A stretch of DNA of 64,000 nucleotides, taken from positions 615 to 64,614 of the forward strand of contig CAYIAX010000004.1 of the NCBI GenBank assembly GCA_964361595.1, written 5' to 3'. The position numbers and the translations under genes are program-made. This document shows, piece after piece, positions 29,706 through 38,535 of this stretch. The notes beneath the pieces were generated by a model. It saw only the letters and a list, made by a program, of their open reading frames with translations, had not been told where the DNA came from and made no database searches. Source of the DNA: an uncultured Candidatus Saccharibacteria bacterium. Its GTDB lineage: Bacteria; Patescibacteriota; Minisyncoccia; UBA6257; 2-01-FULL-56-20. The stretch's first letter is position 1. Each line of letters opens with the position of its first letter.

Positions 29706-30881
29706 GTGATCAGATCCTTTTTTGCTCCTAAGGAAACATCGTGGGTACTTGAAGTTTTGCCGGGAGAGGTGCGAGCCACCTCGCTCGTTTTGGATACGGA
29801 AAAAAGGATCCAGATTCGGCGGCACTGGCAAGGGGAGTCTTGGAGGGATTTGCCAAAGAGTTTCCGTTTCACGGGCCAGGTTATCGTCTCCATCCATGCG
29901 ACGCTTGCCACGACTACGATTATTCCCGTGGGCGATATGCGGGAAAATCCCGATGAACCGCTCGTGGCGAACGAACTCGAAAATCTTATTTCGCGCGCAG
30001 TCGGGAAAATTTTCAATCAATGCCGGCAAGCGGCGGCACGCGAACTGCGGGTGGATGAAATTGACATCTTCTTGGCCAAAAGCCGTGTCATTAATTTCAA
30101 ATTAGATGATCATGTAGTTTTGAATCCCGTCGGTTTCCGCGCGGAAAAAATTGAAGCGGTTCTGGAGCTCATGCTGACCACGCGTCCCTTGATCGGGGAG
30201 CTTAAACAACTTTTTAAAGAAAGGCGTGAAATATTTTTTACGCAAACCGAGCGTGCCATTCTCCTTGATCTCGAGAAGCTGCACGGACCACCGTTGGGAC
30301 TGCTTGAGCTGGGAGAAGAATCTTTCTTTTTCCTCATGGAGAAGGCGGCCGTGGGCGAAATGCTCTCGCGCGGTAAATTCAACTGGTCGCCGCAGATGCT
30401 TTTACATGCTTTGGCCGGTGAATTATCCGTGAGCGGTGGAGCTGCGCGCAAGATCTACCATGCATTTTTGCGGGGGGAGGTTTCAGCGAATATGGGAAAG
30501 CACATAAAAAAGGCGCTCGATCCCCAGTTGAAGCTCTTTTATGAGGAGTTGGGCCGCACCCGGCTTAGGGGCAAAGTCTTTGTTTTATCCGGCCTGCCCT
30601 TGCCGATTTCTCTGCCGCAAAAGCGCCAAAACCTGATTTTATCTGAACCGCCGCTTACGCCAATGCTTGACCATTTCGGCTTGGCTTTGGCCCCCTATCG
30701 GCCGGAAACCTGCCGGCGGCCGTTCGAGGTTTTGGCTCCTTGGCTCGAATTTTACCTCGACAAAAGTGACTCGAAAATAAACCAGTGGCTGCGCCGTCAT
30801 TTAAATTGGCTGGGGCCTGTGCATGAGTCCCAAGCCGGCCCGGGGCAGCGTCAAATCAAGCTTCCATTTCTCGAGCAGTGA
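29706..30881 (+). CDS. Divergent FtsA-like/actin-fold hypothetical protein
   Basis: 391-aa ORF; FKLDDHVVLNPVGF resembles FtsA 1C region. Confidence 0.5.
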   Translation: MIRSFFAPKETSWVLEVLPGEVRATSLVLDTEKRIQIRRHWQGESWRDLPKSFRFTGQVIVSIHATLATTTIIPVGDMRENPDEPLVANELENLISRAVGKIFNQCRQAAARELRVDEIDIFLAKSRVINFKLDDHVVLNPVGFRAEKIEAVLELMLTTRPLIGELKQLFKERREIFFTQTERAILLDLEKLHGPPLGLLELGEESFFFLMEKAAVGEMLSRGKFNWSPQMLLHALAGELSVSGGAARKIYHAFLRGEVSANMGKHIKKALDPQLKLFYEELGRTRLRGKVFVLSGLPLPISLPQKRQNLILSEPPLTPMLDHFGLALAPYRPETCRRPFEVLAPWLEFYLDKSDSKINQWLRRHLNWLGPVHESQAGPGQRQIKLPFLEQ

Positions 30882-31035
30882 GCTATACTTACTAAGAATC
30901 TACGAATTCTCGATCCGAATGTTTTCCCTATCGCGCGAATGCCGAATTCATTGCGAATACACGAATTACAAGCCAAAAATTCGTAAATTCGATTAGTAAG
31001 AAATTCACTATTCGTGCGATTATTATTCGGATGCC

Positions 31036-32700
31036 ATGAAAAAGTTATTTGTTGAAAAAACCCAATCTTTGCCGGCGATTGTCGAAAAAATTATCAATGA
31101 TCCCGAACAGGATCTTGTTTTAGTCATTCCGCGGCAGGCTAAAATCGGGGAGTCGGCAAACAATTTTCGGCTCTTAAAACGAGAAGCCGAAGCGGCCGGC
31201 AAAAGCGTTGCCGTGGAATCAGTTGATGAAACGATTCTCGTCTTGGCTGAAGCGGAGGACATCAAGGGCTCCCACCCGCTCTTCAGGGATAACATCCAGC
31301 GTTCTTTGGCTGACATTGTGCCTGCGGCCGCAGTGAAAGAAGAAAGCGCGGCGAAACGGGCGAAAACCGCGGCCAAGAAAACCGGCGAGCCGACAGTTAC
31401 GGTTGTGAGAAAAGAGCCGCCGGCAATCTCGTCGGCAGCGCAACCGGAGCCGGAACCAGAACCAGAGCCTATGCGGATAACGAGGCGCGCCGTCGAGCCG
31501 ATTGCGGTTCCCGAAGCCTACGAAGATGAAGAAGCGGAAGAAGAAACCGGCGTGCGGCCGTTTTGGCTCCGGCTGAAGTTTATCCTGCCTTTCTTAGTAG
31601 TCATAATTTTGGCTTTGGGCATTTGGATCGTGACGGCGTTTTTCGCCAGGGCGGAAGTGGTTTTGACCTTAAATGAAACTCCCTGGAGCCATGAGGGAAC
31701 GGTTTTGGCGAGCAAGGCAGTTGCGCGCATAAATCCAGCCGCCTTTTCACTGCCGGCGCAGGTCTTTACCCAATCTAAAAACGCTACCCAGCTTTATCCG
31801 GCCTCAAAGCGAGCCCAGGTAACTCAAAAAGCAAAAGGTAAAATCACGATTTACAACGCCTACAGTTCGCAACCGCAGTCTTTGGTTGCAACAACGCGTT
31901 TTGCGACTTCGGAAGGAAAAATTTACCGCTTGGTTTCCGCCGTTACGATCCCCGGCGCCAAAGTGGAAGGCGGCAAGCTTACGCCTGCGAGCGTCGAAGC
32001 CGAAGTGGCCGCTGGTGAACCAGGCCCTGCCTATAACACGGGTCCGGTGCCGAAGCTCACCATTCCTGGTTTCCAGGGCACGCCAAAGTATGACAAGTTT
32101 TACGGCGCGCTGCTTGCCGGCGCAAGCGGCGGGGCGATCGGCGAACGCGCCGTGGCCTCGGACGCCGACATCGCGGCCGCGAAACAAAAAACCGAAGAAC
32201 TCTTAAAATCAACTTTAGCCAATAATTTTCTCTCCACGCGCTCTTCCGACTTTCTGTTTTTGGAGGGGGCTTCCCGCTTAACGATCGGCAAAATGACGGT
32301 GAACACGACAACGGATGATAACGGCAACTTCGGTGTTTTCGGCGAAGCTTCGCTCCAGGCGATCGGTTTTAAGGACACGGATTTGAAAACCCTGCTCGAG
32401 CTACTCGCGACTAAAGGTGACAGCGGCAAAGAATTTAGAGACTTGGAAATGATCTATAACTTGGCCGTGCCAGATTTTGCCCGCGGCGAGATTAAATTTG
32501 TGGTGCGTGCTTCGGGAACTTTGGTTTCCGCAATTGACGAAAGGGGGCTTAAGGACGACTTGAAGGGGAAAAGCTTAGAGCTTGTAAAATCGGAGGTGGC
32601 CAAAGTGCCGGGCTTGCATGACGCTGATGTTTCCGTGTGGCCATTTTGGCTGCGCAGTCTGCCTGGGGATAGTAATAAAATTAAGGTTTCCATCCAATAG
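31036..32700 (+). CDS. Membrane-anchored protein with baseplate-J-like domain (CPR-type hypothetical)
   Basis: TM, AKGKITIYN...LVATTRF, PFWLRSLP. Confidence 0.6.
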   Translation: MKKLFVEKTQSLPAIVEKIINDPEQDLVLVIPRQAKIGESANNFRLLKREAEAAGKSVAVESVDETILVLAEAEDIKGSHPLFRDNIQRSLADIVPAAAVKEESAAKRAKTAAKKTGEPTVTVVRKEPPAISSAAQPEPEPEPEPMRITRRAVEPIAVPEAYEDEEAEEETGVRPFWLRLKFILPFLVVIILALGIWIVTAFFARAEVVLTLNETPWSHEGTVLASKAVARINPAAFSLPAQVFTQSKNATQLYPASKRAQVTQKAKGKITIYNAYSSQPQSLVATTRFATSEGKIYRLVSAVTIPGAKVEGGKLTPASVEAEVAAGEPGPAYNTGPVPKLTIPGFQGTPKYDKFYGALLAGASGGAIGERAVASDADIAAAKQKTEELLKSTLANNFLSTRSSDFLFLEGASRLTIGKMTVNTTTDDNGNFGVFGEASLQAIGFKDTDLKTLLELLATKGDSGKEFRDLEMIYNLAVPDFARGEIKFVVRASGTLVSAIDERGLKDDLKGKSLELVKSEVAKVPGLHDADVSVWPFWLRSLPGDSNKIKVSIQ

Positions 32701-32707
32701 ATTAGGT

Positions 32708-32736
32708 TTGACAATGCTTCCCGCCCGGTCTATAAT
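32708..32736 (+). promoter_or_regulatory. Consensus sigma70 promoter of infA-alpha operon
   Basis: TTGACA-17 nt-TATAAT. Confidence 0.85.
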
Positions 32737-32773
32737 TGTTTCGCTGGTTTTCATATGAGTATTGCCGTAAAGT

Positions 32774-32995
32774 ATGGAAGATAAAAACGATTCAGCCCCG
32801 CTTCGACAGGAAGGGGTGGTGGAAGAGGCTTTGCCCGGAGCCACATTTAGAGTGGAGCTTCAGCGGGGCGGCCGAGTCTTAGCGCATTTGGCTGGAAAGT
32901 TAAGGCTTTACCATATTCGGGTATTGCCCGGCGACCGCGTGCTTCTGGAGCTTTCTCCCGATGGGCAGCGAGGCAGGATCGTTAGGAGGTTATAG
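32774..32995 (+). CDS. infA: Translation initiation factor IF-1
   Basis: [26 protein letters not shown]. Confidence 0.95.
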   Translation: MEDKNDSAPLRQEGVVEEALPGATFRVELQRGGRVLAHLAGKLRLYHIRVLPGDRVLLELSPDGQRGRIVRRL

Positions 32996-33059
32996 CTTTT
33001 AGAAATAAAAAGTTAAATCTACTAAAAGCTGAAAGCTCGAAGCTCAAAGCTAATAAAAA

Positions 33060-33173
33060 ATGAAGGTCAGAAGTTCCATTAAAAAGATTTGCCAGTCCTG
33101 CAAGGTGGTGAAACGCCAGGGACGGCTTTATGTTATCTGCAAGAATCCCAAGCATAAACAGCGGCAGGGCTAA
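33060..33173 (+). CDS. rpmJ: 50S ribosomal protein L36
   Basis: Manually translated [37 protein letters not shown]. Confidence 0.97.
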   Translation: MKVRSSIKKICQSCKVVKRQGRLYVICKNPKHKQRQG

Positions 33174-33258
33174 CTAGCTTTTAGCTTTTACCTGCCGGCA
33201 GGCAGGGCTTTGAGCTTATAGTCACTAAAACCTAACAGCTAAAACCTCAAACCTAATT

Positions 33259-33642
33259 ATGCGATTACTCGGTATCAACATTCCCGACAATAAAGCGATC
33301 GAAGTTTCGCTTACTTATATTTATGGAATCGGCCGCGCGCAGAGCCGGCGCGCTTTGGCCGCAGCAAAGGTAGGTTTTGAAAAACGGACAAAAGATTTGA
33401 ATGCTGAAGAGGTCAATAAATTGAAAACGTGGATAGAAAAAAATTGCCACATCGAAGGCGATTTGCGCCAACAGATCCGCCGCAACATCCAGCGGCTGAA
33501 GGAGCTCCAAACCTATCGCGGCAGCCGCCATGCGCGCCGCCTGCCGGTCCGTGGCCAGCGCACACGCACCAATTCCCGCACTGTTCGGGGCAATGTCCGC
33601 AAGACCGCAGGCAGCGGCAAGCGCAAGGTGGAGTTGAAGTAA
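33259..33642 (+). CDS. rpsM: 30S ribosomal protein S13
   Basis: LTYIYGIG, LPVRGQRTRTN. Confidence 0.97.
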   Translation: MRLLGINIPDNKAIEVSLTYIYGIGRAQSRRALAAAKVGFEKRTKDLNAEEVNKLKTWIEKNCHIEGDLRQQIRRNIQRLKELQTYRGSRHARRLPVRGQRTRTNSRTVRGNVRKTAGSGKRKVELK

Positions 33643-33767
33643 TCCCTCACCCTTTAACGATTTCCAACATGACTAAATTCAGTTTAAAAATTTCGTTCTC
33701 TAATCAAGGCAACATGAAAGAAATTGCAGTTTTTAAGGTCGCGAAGCAGATCGCTAAAGGGTGAGGG
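33643..33767 (+). repeat. 125-nt hairpin/mini-ORF element, family A copy 1 (uORF 33669-33764)
   Basis: TCCCTCACCCTTTAACGAT...ATCGCTAAAGGGTGAGGG-ATG. Confidence 0.9.
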
Positions 33768-34220
33768 ATGGGCAAGAAAAAAATCGCACAACAAACCGCC
33801 GAAGAGGCGCTGAAGGAAAAAAACGAGCAGGACATTGCGGTGGCCAAGGCTTCGGTGGTCAAGAAAGCCAAAAGCGTTGATTCCGGCCGCGTTTATGTTA
33901 ATGCTTCATATAATAATACGGTGATTACCGTGACTGATCTGCAGGGCAATGTAATAACCTGGGCTTCGGCGGGATCAATCGGTTTCTCGGGACCCAAAAA
34001 GGCTACCCCATTCGCGGCTTCTAAGATCGTGGCCGTGATCGCGGAGAAACTCAAGAATTTGGGAGTGATGAATTTGGAGATCCGGGCTAGGGGCATCGGC
34101 GGCGGCAGGGATTCGTCTATCCGTTCCTTTGCCAACCAGGGTTTCAATATCACCTCCTTGAAAGATGTAACCCCGGTACCGCATAATGGTCCTCGGCCGC
34201 GTAAAGTCAGGCGCGTATAA
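33768..34220 (+). CDS. rpsK: 30S ribosomal protein S11
   Basis: ASYNNT, KKATPFAA, DVTPVPHNG. Confidence 0.97.
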   Translation: MGKKKIAQQTAEEALKEKNEQDIAVAKASVVKKAKSVDSGRVYVNASYNNTVITVTDLQGNVITWASAGSIGFSGPKKATPFAASKIVAVIAEKLKNLGVMNLEIRARGIGGGRDSSIRSFANQGFNITSLKDVTPVPHNGPRPRKVRRV

Positions 34221-34345
34221 TCCCTCACCCTTTAGCGATTTCTAACATGACTCAATTCAGTTTAAAAATTTTGATCACTATAAAAGGCAACATGAAAGAA
34301 ATTGCAGTTTTTAAGGTCGCGAAGCAGATCGCTAAAGGGTGAGGG
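34221..34345 (+). repeat. 125-nt hairpin/mini-ORF element, family A copy 2 (uORF 34247-34342)
   Basis: Same terminal inverted repeats; fills the whole rpsK-rpsD spacer. Confidence 0.9.
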
Positions 34346-34960
34346 ATGAGATATCCTAAAGAAAAAAAAGAACGCTCGTTGGGCGAGCGGCTACAGCTCA
34401 AAGGGGAGCGCTGCCGGTCACCCAAATGCGCCATGGTGCGGAAGCCGTATCGGCCCGGCATGCATGGACACAAGCGGCAGCGAAAGATGCTGTCTGATTT
34501 CGGCCGCCAGATCAAAGAAAAGCAGAAATTCAAGTGGAGCTATGGGATTGACGAGCGGAACCTGCGCCATATCTTCGAACGCGCCGAACGGAAATCAGGT
34601 TCAGTCGCTTCGCAATTTTTAAAACTTTTGGAATTGCGTTTGGATAACGTAATCTTTCGTTTAGGTTTTGCCGCGTCGCGGTCGATGGCGCGCCAGCTCG
34701 TGAACCACGGGCATGTTATGGTTAACGGACGGCGGGTCAAATCTCCCGGTTTCGAGCTTAAGCTTGGAGATATAATCTCGGTTCGTCCGTCTTCGGTTAC
34801 AAAGTCGGTTTTCAAGAATTTAAAAGAGGAACTTTCGAAGTATACGCCCCCGGCATGGCTTAGCATTGATGCCGACAAGTTTGAAGGCAAAATTGTTTCC
34901 GCTCCCGATGAAAATATGCCTTTTGAAGTAAATTTATTGGTCGAATCATTTAGCAAATAA
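34346..34960 (+). CDS. rpsD: 30S ribosomal protein S4
   Basis: PGMHG, ELRLDNVIFRLG, ARQLVNHGH. Confidence 0.97.
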   Translation: MRYPKEKKERSLGERLQLKGERCRSPKCAMVRKPYRPGMHGHKRQRKMLSDFGRQIKEKQKFKWSYGIDERNLRHIFERAERKSGSVASQFLKLLELRLDNVIFRLGFAASRSMARQLVNHGHVMVNGRRVKSPGFELKLGDIISVRPSSVTKSVFKNLKEELSKYTPPAWLSIDADKFEGKIVSAPDENMPFEVNLLVESFSK

Positions 34961-34975
34961 ACATTTCGCAACACG

Positions 34976-35728
34976 ATGGAATACGCACACTTGAGTTCTA
35001 CGGTAGGCATTAAAACTGTTTCGGAAGAGGCCAAGCATGGTGTCTTTGACATTGAGGGCTTATATGCCGGTTATGGCCTTACAATTGGAAATGCGCTCCG
35101 CCGCGCCCTTTTGTCTTCGCTGCCCGGCGCCGCAGTAACCTATATCAAGATCAAAAATGCGTCGCACGAATTTTCAACCTTGCCGGGCGTCAAAGAGGAT
35201 CTGGTTCAGTTGACGCTCAACTTTAAAAAACTGCGTTTTCGCATGCATACGGACGAGCCGCAAATTCTACTTCTCGAATCTAAAGGCGAAGGCGTAGTCA
35301 AGGCTGGTAATATCGCTCCCAACTCCGAGGTGGAGATCGTAAATCCGGATGAAGTAATCGCCACGCTCACGACTAAAGATTCGGAGCTCAATATTGAGAT
35401 TACCGTCGAGCGCGGTTTGGGTTACTCCGCCGTGGAAGCGCGGAAAGCGGAAAAACTGGCCATCGGCCTTATTGGTATAGATGCCTTCTTTTCGCCCGTG
35501 ACTAAAGTGAACTATGCGATCGAGAATATGCGCGTGGGTGAACGCACCGACTACAATCGTCTGCGCTTTGAGATTGAAACGGACGGGACAGTGAGCCCAT
35601 CTGCGGCCCTCCACAAGACTTCGAATATCCTGAAGGACCACTTCGACAAGATTTTTGGCGTCGAGGTGAAGGAATTCGAGCTCGAAAAAACGGAGCCGGC
35701 CAAAAAACGTACGAGGAAAAAAGCATAG
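34976..35728 (+). CDS. rpoA: RNA polymerase alpha subunit (no alpha-CTD)
   Basis: GYGLTIGNALRRALLSSLPG, HEFSTLPGVKED; only 250 aa. Confidence 0.95.
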   Translation: MEYAHLSSTVGIKTVSEEAKHGVFDIEGLYAGYGLTIGNALRRALLSSLPGAAVTYIKIKNASHEFSTLPGVKEDLVQLTLNFKKLRFRMHTDEPQILLLESKGEGVVKAGNIAPNSEVEIVNPDEVIATLTTKDSELNIEITVERGLGYSAVEARKAEKLAIGLIGIDAFFSPVTKVNYAIENMRVGERTDYNRLRFEIETDGTVSPSAALHKTSNILKDHFDKIFGVEVKEFELEKTEPAKKRTRKKA

Positions 35729-35732
35729 AAAA

Positions 35733-35857
35733 TCCCTCACCCTTTAGCGATTTCCAACATGACTAAAACCAGTTTAAAAATTTTGATAACTATAAAAGGC
35801 AACATGAAAAATCATGGAGTATTTAAGGTCGCGAAGCAGATCGCTAAAGGGTGAGGG
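35733..35857 (+). repeat. 125-nt hairpin/mini-ORF element, family A copy 3 (uORF 35759-35854)
   Basis: Same terminal inverted repeats, ends at rplQ ATG. Confidence 0.9.
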
Positions 35858-36211
35858 ATGCGGCATTTAAAGAAAGGAAAAAAGTTTCACAGGTTGAAGG
35901 GAGAACGGCGTTCTTTTTTGCGCAACTTGGCGAATGATTTGCTTCGTAGCGGCAAAATCGAAACTACGGAAACCCGCGCCAAAGCCATCCGGCCTTTAGT
36001 TGAGCGCATGGTCACCATCGCCAAGCGGCAGGATTTGGCTGCGCGCCGCCTGCTCCTTGCTCGTTTGCACAATGAGCGGATTGTCCATAAGCTTTACGAT
36101 GAAATCGCTCCGCGTTATCAAGGCCGCCCGGGCGGATATCTGCGGATCACGAAGTTGGGCCGCAGCAAGAAGCGCGACGGCAGCCGGCTGGCCACCATAG
36201 AATTTGTTTAA
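35858..36211 (+). CDS. rplQ: 50S ribosomal protein L17
   Basis: MRH, IETTETRAK, RPGGYLRI. Confidence 0.97.
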   Translation: MRHLKKGKKFHRLKGERRSFLRNLANDLLRSGKIETTETRAKAIRPLVERMVTIAKRQDLAARRLLLARLHNERIVHKLYDEIAPRYQGRPGGYLRITKLGRSKKRDGSRLATIEFV

Positions 36212-36336
36212 TCCCTCACCCTTTAGCGATTTCTAACATGACTCAATTCAGTTTAAAAATTTCATTCTCAAAGCAAGACAACATGAAAAATCATCGAGTT
36301 TTTAAGGTCGCGAAGCAGATCGCTAAAGGGTGAGGG
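36212..36336 (+). repeat. 125-nt hairpin/mini-ORF element, family A copy 4 (uORF 36238-36333)
   Basis: Same terminal inverted repeats; fills the whole rplQ-rplM spacer. Confidence 0.9.
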
Positions 36337-36684
36337 ATGGATTACCACTTGGATGCTAAAAATAAGCACTTGGGGCGCTTGGCGTCGGAAATCGCCATGA
36401 TTCTCCAGGGCAAGCGGAATGCAAGCTACGACCCTGCTCGTTTGAGCGGTGATCGCGTGTTCGTAAAAAATTATCGCGGCGTGGTTGTGACCGGCCGCAA
36501 GGCGGAGCAAAAAACCTATTATCGCCACACCGGCTACATGGGACATTTGAAGGAAGCCAAATACAAAGAAGTATTTGCGAAGGACCCCAAGCGCGTCCTG
36601 CGCGAAGCAGTGCGCCGGATGCTGCCGAAAAATTTTTTAAACCAGCGCCGTCTAAACCAACTTATTTTCATCGATGGCGAATAA
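36337..36684 (+). CDS. rplM: 50S ribosomal protein L13
   Basis: LGRLASEIA, YYRHTGY, AVRRMLPKN. Confidence 0.96.
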   Translation: MDYHLDAKNKHLGRLASEIAMILQGKRNASYDPARLSGDRVFVKNYRGVVVTGRKAEQKTYYRHTGYMGHLKEAKYKEVFAKDPKRVLREAVRRMLPKNFLNQRRLNQLIFIDGE

Positions 36685-37075
36685 GAACGAAGACAAATTT
36701 TTTGAAGGCGTAGGCCGGCGCAAGACTGCCGTGGCCCGCGTGCGCGTGATGAAAGGCAAAGGCATGCTCGTAAACGAAAAAGATCTCGGCGCTTATTTCG
36801 GCCTGGGACGGCTCGAAAAGACCGCCCAGGAGCCGCTTACGGCCTTGAAGCTCGCCGATACCTATCGCGCGACTGTTCGCGTTAAGGGCGGAGGCGTTAA
36901 AGCCCAAGCCGAAGCCATCCGCCACGGATTGGCCCGCGCGATCGCCAAAGCTGAACCGGATTTTGTCGCCCGCTTGCGCACAAGCGGCTGGCTCACGCGC
37001 GACCCGCGCATGGTGGAAAGGAAGAAATACGGATTGAAGAAGGCGAGGCGTGCTCCGCAGTGGCAGAAACGCTAA
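36674..37075 (+). CDS. rpsI: 30S ribosomal protein S9
   Basis: GRRKTAVARV, LTRDPRMVERKKYGLKKARRAPQWQKR. Confidence 0.97.
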   Translation: MANKNEDKFFEGVGRRKTAVARVRVMKGKGMLVNEKDLGAYFGLGRLEKTAQEPLTALKLADTYRATVRVKGGGVKAQAEAIRHGLARAIAKAEPDFVARLRTSGWLTRDPRMVERKKYGLKKARRAPQWQKR

Positions 37076-37154
37076 AGCGTTTTTGCCACGAGGAGATGGA
37101 GGGGGTCGGGGAGGAGCGGGAAATGAGCTCCTCCCCGTTTTGGAAGCATTGGAA

Positions 37155-37417
37155 ACCGAGGGTTTCCAAGGAGCGCGCGACGCCGCAGTGGCAGAAGCGT
37201 TAATTTGCCCGGAGGGAAAGGCCTGGCCTGCCCTTGCCTACAGGCAGGCAGGGGTTTCCAAGGAGCGAAGCGACGCCACAGTGGTAAAAACGGTAGCTGC
37301 TTCCGCCAAATGGCAGAATTTATGAATCATACGGAAAATCATACGATTTTCCGTATGATTCTTTTGAACCGAGGGGTTTGAGGGAGCGTAGCGACCCCGC
37401 AGTGGCAGAAACATTAG
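37155..37417 (+). repeat. Tandem degenerate copies of the rpsI 3' end, each preceded by GGTTTCCAAGGAGCG-like motif
   Basis: CCGCAGTGGCAGAA-like copies at 37183, 37276, 37397. Confidence 0.75.
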
Positions 37418-37562
37418 TTACGCTTGTGCGGATTTGCAGCAATCTGGCAGTTATGGTATAATTTAACGGCACTTCAAGGGGGGATTTTCGAATGTGCTGG
37501 ATTGCAGCTTTGAGGAAATTTTAAAGTCTTCAGAGCTGCAATGCAGCAGAAAGGAGCTGACC

Positions 37563-38216
37563 ATGAATAACATGCTCAGCGAAGCTCTCCAGGAGTTCGT
37601 GGGTCTCCTCGGACGGCTTTTTAAAAATTTACTCGGCAGGGATGCCGAGTTGTGGGGGAACGAACTCAAGAAATTCCTTCGTAAGGAGCCGCGCTGGGAG
37701 AAGTATTTCCGCGAAACCGCCGAGTTCTCGGTTCAGATTCCTGCTCTCACGCGCCCGACGCTTGCGGAACTCCGGGAGAAATTCCTCTGGATCCGCGCGG
37801 AGAACGGCATCGAGCGCGATGTCTCGCCCGAGGGAGAGGTTACGCTCGTTCTGGGGACCTTGCTCCGTCTGGGCGAGTCGTCGATCAGCGGCCAGGAATA
37901 CGAGCGCCGTGTCGCTTTGGTCAGCCGCCCGTTCTTAGGGTACCAGCAGCTGAACTGGCTCGTCGAACATCAGGACGAGCATCCCGCGCTCATGGCCCTC
38001 CTCGGCCAGATTTACGTTGACGGGCCGGGTCTCGTGGTGGTCGACGGTGACAACAGCGACCGGCGCTTCCCGTATCTTGTTCGGTACGGCGAGCGGTGGC
38101 ACCTGTACTGGGCCTGGAAGGACTATTCAAGACCTAAGGTTGTAAGCAAATATAATTTACTCCGTCGTTATTTACGGCACATTTTCGGCCTGGGAGAAAT
38201 GCCATGTATGCAGTAA
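37563..38216 (+). CDS. CPR-type hypothetical protein
   Basis: AAGGAG SD before ATG 37563; TATAAT at ~37457; ELKKFLRKEPRW motif. Confidence 0.7.
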   Translation: MNNMLSEALQEFVGLLGRLFKNLLGRDAELWGNELKKFLRKEPRWEKYFRETAEFSVQIPALTRPTLAELREKFLWIRAENGIERDVSPEGEVTLVLGTLLRLGESSISGQEYERRVALVSRPFLGYQQLNWLVEHQDEHPALMALLGQIYVDGPGLVVVDGDNSDRRFPYLVRYGERWHLYWAWKDYSRPKVVSKYNLLRRYLRHIFGLGEMPCMQ

Positions 38217-38394
38217 ATTCTATTCTTAAGGAGTTGGACGAAATGATTAAGCTTGTTCCCTATGGCTGGCAACTTGAATTTATCAGGTTCTGCCTGCCAG
38301 TAACGCCGGAAACTGGATTTCCCCGAAATTATCCACAGTTCGCCTGATCTCCGCGCCCAAGCTGTGTTATAATCGTTCCATTAATACTCGTATT

Positions 38395-38535
38395 ATGTCC
38401 AATCCGTCCAAATATTATTGCCCGCGGTGCAGAGTTAAGTTCTTGCACAAAGAAACAAATATGAATTTGAAGCACCATTGCGGGGAATTTGCCCGCTTGC
38501 TGTGGGGCAACGAAGGCGATGATGACGAAAGCTAA
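38395..38535 (+). CDS. 46-aa putative zinc-finger microprotein
   Basis: MSNPSKYYCPRCRVKFLHKETNMNLKHHCGEFARLLWGNEGDDDES; extended -10 TGTTATAAT upstream. Confidence 0.6.
   Translation: MSNPSKYYCPRCRVKFLHKETNMNLKHHCGEFARLLWGNEGDDDES

Noticed and set aside
33762-33770. TGA recoded as Gly (code 25), fusing the mini-ORFs to ribosomal proteins
   Set aside because: gyrB, nusG, tmk and dnaG end normally at TGA, conserved genes lack internal TGA, and family B uORFs stop at TAA
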